A stretch of DNA of 64,000 bases from Anaeramoeba ignava BMAN (Eukaryota > Protista > Anaeramoebae), in contig JAPDFW010000044.1 of the NCBI GenBank assembly GCA_028826165.1, positions 124,001 to 188,000 of the forward strand, read 5' to 3'. The notes under the pieces were generated by a model. It ran no database searches, was not told the DNA's origin, and saw only the letters and a list, made by a program, of their open reading frames with translations. Numbering within the stretch: the stretch's first letter is position 1; each line of letters opens with the position of its first letter. This document shows, piece by piece, positions 37,501-50,210 of the stretch. The position numbers and the translations under genes were made by a program.

Positions 37501-40287
37501 AAAATTAAAATCAAAATTTTTTATATATAAAAATTTTATTTAGTTGTTGGATCGTTTGAATTTGATAATCAAGAAACAGCTCTATCAATTATAACCATTG
37601 AAATGGATGAAAATTCTGAGATTATTATTGTTGGAAGTGGAATTTCCAAGTCTGATAAATCTGGACCTGATTGGGGCAAAATACGAATGTTTTCAATTGA
37701 AAAAAAAATGAATGAAGAAAATTCAAATGAAAATTCAAATGAAAATTCAAATGAAACTTTAAAACTTCAAATGATTGCTTTTCAGGAATTTGGAGGAGCT
37801 GTTTTTTCACTTGCAAGATATAAAAAAAGAAGATTTGTAGCTGGAATTAATAACCAAGTGTTTCTTTTTAAAATTACAGAATCAAAAGAAAAAAATCAAT
37901 CACTTTTTTTTCTTTATCAAGGATATCAAATTGGAAGCATGGCTTCATTACATTTACAAACAATAAAAAACATAGTTTTTTGTGGAGATTCAATGAAAAG
38001 TGTAAGAGGATGGATTGTTGGGAAAACTGATTATATATTTAATGAAGTTTGTCGGGATTTTTATCCCAAAAGATTATCAGCAATTGAAATTTTGGATGAA
38101 AATCATTTGTTAGTTTCAGATCGAAATTGTAATTTGTATATTCTTTATAAGAAGGATGAAGATCAAGATAATTTAGAAGAAAGTTATAGATTAGAAAATA
38201 TTGGACCTTTTCATACAGGAGATGTTATTAATAAGTTTCAAAAATGTATATAAATAATTTTAGGAAATGTGTCAAAATTCAAATCCATTTTTTAATTCTA
38301 AAAAAAAAAATTGATTGATTATTTTTATATTGGTTCAGGTTCTTTTGTGATGAAAACGGAGGAAAATGAGCATTTACATTCATCAAGTATTGTGTATGGG
38401 ACTATTTCTGGAGAGATTGGATTAATTGTTTCTATATCAAAAGAAGATTTTATACTTTTTAGATTATTAGAGAAGATTTTAGGGAGTATTATAGTTGGAG
38501 TTGGAGGATTTACACAAGAACAATATCCTTTTTAAATGATTTAAATGATTTAAATGAAAATATTGAATATTGAATTAAATATTGAATTGAATTATTGAAA
38601 TAAATATTAAATAATAAATATTAAATATTAAATATTAAATATTGAATATTGAATATTGAATTGAATTAAATTGAATATTAAATAATATTGAATTGAATTA
38701 AATATTGAATTAAATATTGAATTAAATATTAAAAATTAAATTGAATATTGAATATTGAATATTAAATATTTAATATTGAATTGAATTAAATATTGAATTA
38801 AATATTGAATATTTAATTAAATATTGAATATTGAAATAAATATTAAATATTGAATTAAATATTAAATTAAATATTGAATTGAATTAAATATTAAATATTA
38901 AATATTAAATATTAAATATTGAATATTAAATATTGAATATTGAATTGAATATTGAATTGAATATTAAATATTGAAATAAATATTAAATATTGAATTGAAT
39001 ATTAAATTGAAATTGAATATTAAAATTGAATTGAATTGAATATTAAATACAAAATAAATATTGAATTGAATTGAATATTGGAAATGAATTAAATATTGAA
39101 TTAAATATTGGAATTGAATTAAATATTAAATTAAATATTGAATTAAATATTTGAATATTAAAAATTGAATTAAATTGAATATTAAATATTGAATTGAATA
39201 TTGAGTATTGAATTGAATATTGAAATAAATATTGAATTGAATTGAATTAAATATTGAAATATTGAATATTGAATTGAATTAAATTGAATAATGAAATATT
39301 GATTTGAATATTAAATATTGAATATTGAAATAAATATTAAATATTAAATATTGAAATAAATATTAAATATTAAATATTGAATTAAATATTAAATATTAAA
39401 TATTGAAATAAATATTAAATATTAAATATTGAATTGAATATTAAATAATATTGAATTAAATATTAAATATTGAATTAAATAAATATTGAATAATAAATAT
39501 TGAAATATTGAATATTAAATAATATTGAATTGAATATTGAAATGAAATATTAAATATTGAAATTAAATATTGGAATGAAATAAATTGAAATAATGAATAT
39601 TGAATATTAAATATTGAAATAATGAATAAAAATAATAATTGAATTGAATATTAAAAATAAATATTAAATATTAAATATTGAATTGAATATTGAATTGAAT
39701 ATTAAATATTGAATATTGGGGAATATTGAATTGAATTAAATATTGAATATTAAATATTGAATTGAATTAAATATAAATATTAAATATTGAATTGAATTAA
39801 ATATTGAATATTAAATATTGAATTGAATTAAATATTAAATATTAAATATTGAATATTAAATATTAAATATTGAATTAAATATTGAATATTGAATTAAATA
39901 TTTAATATTGAATTGAATATTAAATATTAAATTGAATATTGAGTATTGAAATAAATATTAAATATTGAATTGAATATTGAATATTGATTTGAATATTGAA
40001 ATAAATATTAAATATTAAATATTGATTTGAATATTTAATTGAAATGATTATTAATTTGTTTTCTTTTGACACATTTCTTTTTCTTTACATTTAGATGCTT
40101 TGATCAAGGTTTAGATGATTCAAATAATTCTTATCAAGGTTTTATTGATGGAAATTTAATTGAAAAATTTCTTGATTTAAAAAATAATGAAATGGAAGAA
40201 ATTATATCTCAAATTAATATTTCAAGAATAAAAATAACAATAGATGAATTAATTGAAAAAATTGAAAAAATGAAACAATTATATTAA
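34508..40287 (+). CDS. DDB1: DNA damage-binding protein 1 (CUL4 adaptor)
   Basis: NYVVT..PT, SYLDNGFVFVGSSWGNS, NVGPISDF, MITCSGAFKSSSL, DVLPRSV, GFIDGNLIEKFLDL. Introns 36417-36513, 37084-37543, 38246-38338 (GT-AG) and 38523-40088 (AT-AC). Confidence 0.95.
38523..40088 (+). other. U12-type (minor spliceosome) AT-AC intron
   Basis: 5' site ATATCCTT at 38523; branch-like TTCTTTTGAC 40061-40070; 3' site TTTAC 40088. Splicing restores GGFTQEQFRCFDQ. Confidence 0.88.
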
Positions 40288-40442
40288 AATTTAAAATTCA
40301 AATTAGAATTAAATAAATATTTTTTCCTTTTAAAATTTTAAATCCAAAAAAAATAAATTAAAAAAGATTTTTTTTTTAAATTTTTTTTTTCATTTTTTTT
40401 TCATTTTTCTTTTTTCTTTTTTCTTTTTTGATATAAAAAAAA

Positions 40443-42705
40443 ATGAGTGGAATTGGAACAGGAGTAAGTTTATAAATATAAAATAAATTCAAAAAAAAAA
40501 TCAATTTAAGATTCTCACTTTAAAATTATTTTAAAATTTTTATTTTAAAATTTTATTTTTAAATTTTTATTTTAAAATTTTTTTCATTTATAAATTTAGT
40601 ATGATGTTACTCCAACTACTTATTCTCCTGAAGGAAGAATTTTCCAGGTTGAATATGCTGCTCGTTCTGTTGAAAATAGTAGTACTGCAATAGGTATTCG
40701 TGTTTCTGATGGTGTTATTTTTGGAGTTGAAAAAAAAATCATTTCAAAAATGTTAGTTAAAGGTTCAAATAGAAGAGTTGGTTCAGTTGGTGATCATATT
40801 GGTGCTGTAATTTGTCTTGCTTTAACTTTTTTATTTTCATTTATAATATTAAAATTAAATTTAAAATTAAAATTAAAATCAATATTAAAATTAAAATTAA
40901 AATTAAAATTAAAATTAAAATTAAAATTAAAATTAAAATTAAAATTAAAATTAAAATTAAAATTAAAATTAAAATTAAAATTAAAATTAAAATTAAAATT
41001 AAAATTAAAATTAAAATTAAAATTAAAATTAAAATTAAAATTAATTTAAAATTAAAATTAAAATTAAAATTAAAATTAAAATTAAAATTAAAATTAAAAT
41101 TAAAAAATTAAAATTAAAAATTAAAATTAAAATTAAAATTAAAATTTAAAATTAAAAATTAAAATTAAAATTAAAATTAAAATTAAAATTAAAATTAAAA
41201 ATTAAAATTAAAATTAAAATTTAAAATTAAAATTAAAATAAAAAATTAAATTTAAAATTAAAATTAAAATTAAAATTAAAATTAAAATTAAAATTAAAAT
41301 TAAAATTAAAATTTAAAATTAAAATTAAAATTAAAATTTTAAAATTAAAATTAAAAATTAAATTAAAATTAAAATTATAATTAAAATTAAAATTAAAATT
41401 AAAATTAAAATTAAAATCAAAATTAAAATTAAAATTAAAATTAAAATTAAAAATTAAAATTAAAATTAAAATTAAAATTAAAATTAAAATTAAAATTAAA
41501 ATTAAAATTAAAATTAAAATTAAAATTAAAATTAAAATTAAAATTAAAATTAAAATTAAAATTAAAATTAAAATTAAAATTAAAATTAAAATTAAAATTA
41601 AAATTAAAATTAAAATTAAAATTTAAATTAAAATTAAATTTAAAATTAAAATTAAAATTAAAATTATAATTATAATTAATTTCAAAATTTGGAAACAAGT
41701 CTATTGCTGGATTAACTGCAGATGGAAGAAGAATTATAAAACAAGCAAATAGTGAAGCCAAAAGTTATAAAGATCTTACATCAGAAGCTATTCCATTGAA
41801 TGTTCTTGTTGATAGAATTTCCTCATTTGTTCAAATGCATACATTATATGCAAGTATTAGACCATTTGGTTGTGCTGTTATGTTCGGTTCTTATAACGAA
41901 AAAGATGGAGCTCAATTATTTCTTGTAGAACCAAGTGGAGTTTCTTTTGTAAATTTAATAATAATTTTATTAATAATAATTTTAATAATAAATTTAATAA
42001 TAATTTTAATAATAATTTTAATAATAAATTTAATAATAATTTTAATAATAAATTTAATAATAAATTTAATAATAAATTTTAATAAATTTAATAAAATTAA
42101 ATAATAAATTAATAATAAATTAAATTTAATTGATTTTAATAATAAATTTAATAATAATTTTAATAATAAATTTAATAATAAATTTAATAATAAATTTAAT
42201 AATTAATTTTAATAATAAATTTAATAATAATTTTAATAATAATTTTAATAATAAATTTAATAATAATTTTAATAATAATTTTAATAATAATTTTAATAAT
42301 AATTTTAATAATAATTTTAATAATAATTTTAATAATAATTTTAATAATAATTTTAATAATAATTTTAATAATAATTTTAATAATAACTTTAATAATAAAT
42401 TTAATAATAATAAGGGATATTATGGATGTGCAATTGGAAAAGCAAAACAATCAGCAAAAACAGAAATTGAAAAATTAAATCTTAGTGAATTGACATGCAG
42501 AGAAGCAATTAAACAAGTAGCAAAAATCATTTACACAATTCATGATGAAAGTAAAGATAAAGAAATGGAACTTGAAATGAGTTGGATTTGTAAAGAATCA
42601 GGTGGAAAACATGAATTAGTTCCTGATGATTTAATAGCAGAAGCAGAACAATTTGCTAAAGATAATACAGTTTCAACTAATATTCTCAACTTCGATAACA
42701 TTTAA
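40443..42705 (+). CDS. PSMA3: 20S proteasome subunit alpha-7 (PSMA3/PRE10)
   Basis: MSGIGTG|[20 protein letters not shown]...[12 protein letters not shown]...[21 protein letters not shown]; introns 40464-40599, 40807-41699, 41949-42414. Confidence 0.96.
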
Positions 42706-42934
42706 TTGATTAAATCCAAAAGAAAAAAGTGGAAAAAATTTTCTCCTTTTTTTTTTTCCTCTTTTCAAAAAATTTTTCTTCTTTTTTTTTTTTCTTCTTT
42801 TTTCTTTTAAAAAAAAAATTAAAAAAAAATTAAAAAAAAAATCATTTTTTTTTCTCTTTTTTTAAAAAACAAATCAATTAAACAATTTATAATCAAAATC
42901 AAAAGCAAAAACAACAAATTTTTTTTACTTTTAA

Positions 42935-45900
42935 ATGTCAAATGTAAAAATTTAAACACAAAAATAAAAACAAAAACAAAAATAAAAACAAAAACAAAAA
43001 CAAAAATAAAAACAATTGTTTTAATTATTAATTTTTTTTTAAAAATTTTTTTTCTTTTTTCTTTTTTTTTACTTTTAATTTTACTTTTAAAATCAATTCA
43101 ATTCCTTTTCTTTCCTTTTCTTTAACTTTTAAATTTGAAACTTAAACTTAAATTTTAATTTACAAAATCAAATTCATTTTAATTTTTTAAAATGATTTTT
43201 ACAGAAAGAAAAAAAATTATTTGGAAAATTTCGTAAAAAAAAGAAAGATATTGTGATTTCAAGACCTTATAATGTTACACATGATATTCATGTTGATTTC
43301 AATTCTGAAACAGGATTTACTGTAAAAATTATTATTAAATTAATTATTAAAATTATTATTAAAATTATTATTAAAATTATTATTAAATTTATTATTAAAA
43401 TTATTATTAAAATTATTATTAAATTTATTATTAAAATTATTATTAAATTTATTATTAAATTTATTATTAAAATTATTATTAAATTTATTATTAATATAAT
43501 TATTAAAATTATTATTAAATTTATTATTAATATAATTATTAAATTTATTATTAAAATTATTATTAAAATTATTATTAAAATTATTATTAAAATTATTATT
43601 AAAATAATTATTAAAATTATTATTAAATTTATTATTAAAATTTATTATTAAAATTTATTATTAAAATTTATTATTAAATTTATTATTAAAATTATTATTA
43701 AAATTATTATTAAAATTATTATTAAAATTATTATTAAAATTATTAAATTTATTATTAAATTTATTATTAAATTTATTATTAAAATTATTATTAAAATTAT
43801 TATTAAAATTATTATTAAAATTATTATTAAAATTATTATTAAAATTATTATTAAATTTATTATTAAATTTATTATTAAATTTATTATTAAAATTATTATT
43901 AAATTTATTATTATTAAAATTATTATTAAAATTATTATTAAATTTATTATTAAATTTATTATTATTAAAATTATTATTAAATTTATTATTAAAATAATTA
44001 TTAATATAATTATTAAATTTATTATTAAAATTATTATTAAAATTATTATTAAATTTATTATTAAAATTAATTATTAAAATTATTATTAAAATTAATTATT
44101 AAATTTATTATTAAATTTAATTATTAAAATTATTATTAAAATTATTATTAAATTTATTATTAAAATTAATTATTAAAATTATTATTAAAATTATTATTAA
44201 ATTTATTATTAAATTTATTATTAAATTTATTATTAATATAATTATTAAATTGATTATTAATATAATTATTAAATTTATTATTAAATTTATTATTGAATTT
44301 AAAAGGGACTTCCAAAACAATGGGAATCTTTATTAAAAACTTCAGGAATTACAAAAGAAGAAGTTCATCAAAATCCAGATGCAGTTTTAGATGTTCTTGA
44401 ATTTCAAAACAAACCAACAATGAAAGGACAAAAAAAACAAGAAGCACAACCAACAAACACAACAAATGTTCAAAGAAAACTTGGTAATTAAATTATTATT
44501 TAAAATTTCTATTTAAAATTATTTAAAATTTATATTTAAAATTTTTTTAAAAAAAAAAGATACTTTAATTTCTAAAGAAGATCCAAATCAATTATTTACA
44601 GGATTAAAAAAGATAGGAGAAGGGTAATAAATCTCAAAATAAATGAAAATAAATGAAAATAATTCAAAATAATTGAAAACAAATGAAAATAATTCAAAAT
44701 AATTCAAAATAATTCAAAACAATTCAAAACAAATGAAAATAATTCAAAATAATTCAAAATAATTTAAAACAATTGAAAATAATTCAAAATAATTTAAAAT
44801 AATTTAAAACAAATGAAAATAATTCAAAATAATTTAAAATAATTTAAAATAATTGAAAATAATTCAAAATAATTGAAAACAATTTAAAATAATTTAAAAC
44901 AATTCAAAATAATTTAAAATAATTTAAAATAATTTAAAATAATTTAAAATGAAAATAATTTAAAATAATTTAAAATAATTTAAAATAATTCAAAATAATT
45001 GCAAAATAATTCAAAATAATTCAAATTTATAATATTTTTTAGTTCAACTGGTTCAGTTTATGTTGCAACTCATAAAGCAACAGGAAAACAAGTTGCATTG
45101 AAAATTATGGGAGAATTTATTCAACAAAATATGAAAGTTGTTGAAAATGAAATTGCAATGATGAGATCAAGCAAACATAAAAATGTAGTAGAATATATTG
45201 GATCTTATTTAACTGGAGATAGTCTTTGGGTATTTTTAATTTTTAATTTAATTTTTAACTTAATTTTTAATTTAATTTTTAACTTAGGTTGCTATGGAAT
45301 ATATGGATGGTGGATCTTTAACAGAAATTGTTTCTATTTGTAAAATGTCTGAACCACAAATTGCTGCTGTTTGTAAAGAGGTATAAAATTTAAAATTAAA
45401 ACTAAAATTAAAATTAATATTAATATTAAAATTAAAATTAAAATTAAAATTAAAATTAAAATCAAAATTAAAATTAATATTAAAATTAAAATTAAAATTA
45501 ATATTAAAATTAAAATTAAAATTAAAATTAAAATTAAAATAAAAATAAAAATTAAAATTAAAATTAAAATTAAAATTAAAATTAAAATTAAAATTAATAT
45601 TAAAATTAAAATTAAAATTAAAATTATTATTAAAATTAAAATTAAAATTAAAATTAAAATTAATTAAAATTAAAATTAAAATTAATATTAAAATTAAAAT
45701 TAAAATTAAAATTAAAATTAAAATCAAAATTAAAATTAATATTAAAATTAAAATTAAAAATAAAAATTAAAATTAAAATTAAAATTAAAATTAAAATTAA
45801 AATTAAAATTAAAATTAAAATCAAAATTAAAATCAAAATTAAAATTCAAATCAAAAATTAAAATTAAAATTATTAAAATTTATTGATTAGATTTTAAGAG

Positions 45901-47023
45901 CTTTAAATTATATTCATGGATTAAATCGAATTCATAGAGATATTAAAAGTGATAATGTTTTATTAAGTACTAAAGGAGAAGTAAAATTAGCAGATTTTGG
46001 ATATTGTGCTCAATTAACTGATGAAGTAACAAAAAGAAATTCAGTAGTTGGAACACCATATTGGATGGCACCTGAATTAATTAGAGGTCAAGATTATGGA
46101 GTTAAAGTACAATATAAATAATTTAGAAATTAAAACTATAATTAATATTAAAATTAAAATCAAAATTAAAATTAAAATTAAAATTAAAATTAAAATTAAA
46201 ATTAAAATTAAAAATTAAAATTAAAATTAATATTAAAATTAAAATTAAAATTAAAATTAAAATTAAATTCAAAATTAAAATCAAAATTAATATTAATATT
46301 AAAATTAAAATTAAAATTAAAATTAAAAAAAATTCAAAATTAAAATTAAAATTAAAATTAAAATTAAAATTAAAATTAAAATTAAAATTAAAATTAAAAT
46401 TAAAATTAAAATTAAATTTAAAATTAAAATTAATTCAATATATTTTAAATAAACATAAAAAAAGGTTGATATTTGGAGTTTGGGGATTTTAATGGTTGAA
46501 ATGGCTGAAGGAGAACCACCATATTTAGATTATCCACCACTTCGTGCTCTTTTCCTTATTGCAACACATGGACCACCTGATTTAAAAGAACCTGATTCAT
46601 GGTCATCAGAATTTAAAGATTTTATGGCAAAATGTCTTGAAAAAGAGGTTACTTCTCGAGCAACAGCAGATCAATTATTAAGAGTAAATTTTAATTGAAT
46701 ATTTTAATTGAATATTTTAATTGAATTTTTTAATTGGATATTTTAATTGAATTTTTTAATTGAATATTTTAATTGAATATTTTAATTGAATATTTTAATT
46801 GAATATTTTTAATTGAATATTTTAATTGAATTTTTTAATTGTAAATTTTTAATTGTAAATTTTTAATTGTAAATTTTTAATTGTAAATTTTTAATTGTAA
46901 ATTTTTAATTGTAAATTTTATTTAAATTAGCATCCTTTTATTCGTAAAGCTTGTTCTCTTCGTGGTTTAATTCCTTTGGTTCATAAAGCAAAAGAAAATC
47001 AAACAAATTTAGATGATATTTAA
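42935..47023 (+). CDS. p21-activated (PAK/Ste20) kinase with CRIB domain
   Basis: [20 protein letters not shown]|GLPKQW; kinase motifs [44 protein letters not shown]. Eight GT-AG introns; the 9-nt first coding exon 42935-42943 is tentative. Confidence 0.93.
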
Positions 47024-47483
47024 AATTCATTTAAAATTAAAATTAAAATTTAAAATTTCCAAAACAAAACAATTAATTTCAAAAAGAATTCAAATTTTTT
47101 CTTTTTTTTTCTTTTTTTCTTTTTTTTCTTTCGTTTTTTCTTTTTTTCTTTTAAAATTATCGATTCATTTTACTTGACATTTCTTTTTATGTATTTCGAA
47201 ACAAAAACAAACAAAATCAAAAAAAGATTTTTTTTTTTTTTAATAATAATTAAAAAATAAAAAAAAAAAAAAGTGGAACAAAAAAAAAATATTTACTTTT
47301 TTAATTTTATTTCTTATTTTCTTTTTCTTTTTCTTTTTCTTTTCTTTTTCTTTTTCTTTTAATTTTCTTTTTTTTGATTTGTTTGTTTTTGTTTATTAAA
47401 AATATTATAACGTTCTTCTAATTCTAAAAATAAAAATTTTGAATAAAAAAATGAATAAATAATTTTGAATAAAAAATAAATTT

Positions 47484-48962
47484 TTATTTACCTAAAAATT
47501 TTTGTTCCATTTGTTCTAAAAATGCTTTTTCTTGTGCAACACTTTCTAATAAATCTTGAGTTTTTGTTGTATTATTTTGATCATTTGAAAATTTCAATTC
47601 AAATTCTTTTGGATTTCTTATTGGAATTGGTTGTTTCTTTTTTTGGGAATTTTGTTGATAAAAAACAATTCCATTTCTTTCAAGAGATCCATCAGAAATT
47701 GAACGAAAAATATTTCTATATAAATTTCTTTTTATATTTGGATCATTTGGAATAATTTGTTTTGGAAGATGTTGATTAATTGAATTTGTAATTGAATTTG
47801 TAAGTGAATTTGTATTCGAGTTTGAAATTGAATTTGAAATTGAACGAGAATCGAATTGATTAACAAAACGGTTATGAATTTTATTTTCATCAAAAAATTG
47901 ATTCTGATTTTTAAATTGATTTTGATTTTGATTTTTGAATTGATTTTGATTTAAATTTGAATTTGGATTTAAATTTGAATTTGGATATTTTGATTGATAA
48001 AATGAATTCACATCTTGTGAATTTTCTAGGAAAAGTGATGATGATGTTGATATTGAATTCATATCTATTAAATTATTTTTTCTTGATGGAAAAAATGGAT
48101 TTAATTTTGAAGTAACTTGAACAACTTGAGGATTTCGAAATTTTTTTGAATTAGATTTATTCCCAACAAAATTCAGTTGTTCATCTTGATTCTGATCAAT
48201 AATTTTTTTCAAGCGAAATATCTCTACATCTTTAGCATTTAATTCTTTTTGAAAATTCTGTTCATTTTTGTTATAAAACAATTGGATATGTTCGAGTTTA
48301 TTTTTTAATTTTTCATTTTCTAAAAAAGATAATTGAAGTTCTTGGTTTGTTTTTTGGTTTAATTCTTTATGTTTGTCCAATTCTTGGTTTAGTTGATCGA
48401 TTTTATGTTGTTTTTCTTGAGCAAATTTGTGAGACTGTCGAAGTTGATTTTGCAAATTTTGATTTTGATTTGACAAATCAGAAACTTGTCTAATAAGGAA
48501 ATTATTTGAATCTTGCTTATAAACATTTTCCGTATTTCTCTCTGAAATTATTTGAAGAGATATTTTGTAAATTGCTTCAAGTTCTTCTGAGAAAAATGAG
48601 ACTAAATTAATTAATTGCTTTTTTTTCATTTGATTTTTTTGATTTAAATGTTCTTTAACTTGATTTAATATATCGATGTTGTTTTGAGCTTCTCGTAGCT
48701 TTTTTTATTTATCCAATAATTATAAATTTTAAGATTAAAATGAATGGATTGTTTTTTTTAAGTGTTATTATGTTACTTTTTCTTCTAGTTGTTTTTGTTT
48801 TTCTCGAGATGATTGGGATAAAAGCATATTTTGTTTTTCTGAATTTTGTATATTTTGTATATTTTGTATATTTTGAATTATGAAATGAAGTAATTCTTCA
48901 TCATTCATATTCTCAACTGATTTAAGTCCATTTTCCAGAAATTTTTTTTTAATTTGATTCAT
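47484..48962 (-). CDS. Hypothetical coiled-coil / N,Q-rich protein
   Basis: ORFs 48768-48962 and 47484-48629 join in frame through GT-AG intron 48699-48776 (EEK|LREAQNN). Confidence 0.7.
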
Positions 48963-49039
48963 TGATAAAAAAAGATATAAAAAGAAAAATGAAAAAAAAT
49001 AAAAAATGAAAAATTATTTTGCTTTTTTTTTTTCTTTTT

Positions 49040-50010
49040 TTCAATCAAAAATTTAGATACAATAAATATGAATAAATTAAATACTAAATTGATTAAGAAA
49101 TATTAAATTAATTAAAAAATGTGGAATAAATTAATTAAAAAATGTGGAATAAATTAATTAAGAAATATTTAATAAATATGAATAAATTAAATACTAAATT
49201 GATTAAGAAATATTAAATTGATTAAAAAATGTGGAATATATTAATTAAAAAATGTGGAATAAATTAATTAAAAAATATTAAATTGATTAAAAAATGTGGA
49301 ATAAATTAATTAAAAAATATTTAATAAATTGATTAAAAAATATTTAATAAATTGATTAAAAATGTGGAATAAATTAAATAAAAATAAAAAATAAATTGAT
49401 TAATAAATTGATTAATAAATTAATTAATAAATTAATTAAAAATAAAAAAATAAATTAATTAAGAAATATTTAATAAATTAATTAAAAATGTTTAATAAAT
49501 TAATTAAAAATGTGGAATAAATTAATTAAAAATATTTAATAAATTGATTAAAAATGTGGAATAAATTAATAAAAATAAATTAATTAAAAATAATAAATTA
49601 ATTAAAAATTTGGAATAAATTAATTAAAAATGTTTAATAAATTAATTAAAAATGTGGAATAAATTGATTAAAAAATATTGAATATAAATTGATTAATAAA
49701 TATTAAATAAATTAATTAATAAAATGTGGAATAAATTAATTAAAAAAATGTGGAATAAATTAATTAATAAATGTGGAATAAATTAAATAAGAAATATTTA
49801 ATAAATTGATTAATAAATATTTAATAAATTAAATAATAAATGTGGAATAAATTAATTAAAAAATGTGGAATAAATTGATTAATAAATTGATTAATAAATT
49901 AATTAATAAATTAATTAAAAAATATTAAATAAATTAATTAAGAAATATTTAATAAATTAATTAAAAAATATTTATTAAATTGATTAAGAAATATTTAATA
50001 AATTATTTAA
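49040..50010. repeat. Degenerate tandem repeat with AAAATGTGGAATAAATTAATT core
   Basis: Motif recurs many times in the divergent intergenic spacer. Confidence 0.85.
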
Positions 50011-50210
50011 TATTTTCAAATTAAATAATAATTTTATAAGAAAATTATTATGAATTAAATAGATTTAAATCATTTTAAAACTGATCAAAAAATAAAAAAA
50101 AAAAAGTGGTAAAAATAATCTGGCAAAAAAAAAAAAGGTTTTTTTAAATGGAAAATTTTTTTCATTTTCATTTTTTTCATTTTTTTCATTTTTTTTTGTT
50201 CATTTTCAAA

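Noticed and set aside
50148-50210. ATG 50148 as the exportin start
   Set aside because: It translates the TCATTTT initiator-like tract (FFHFHFFHFF); ATG 50211 fits better
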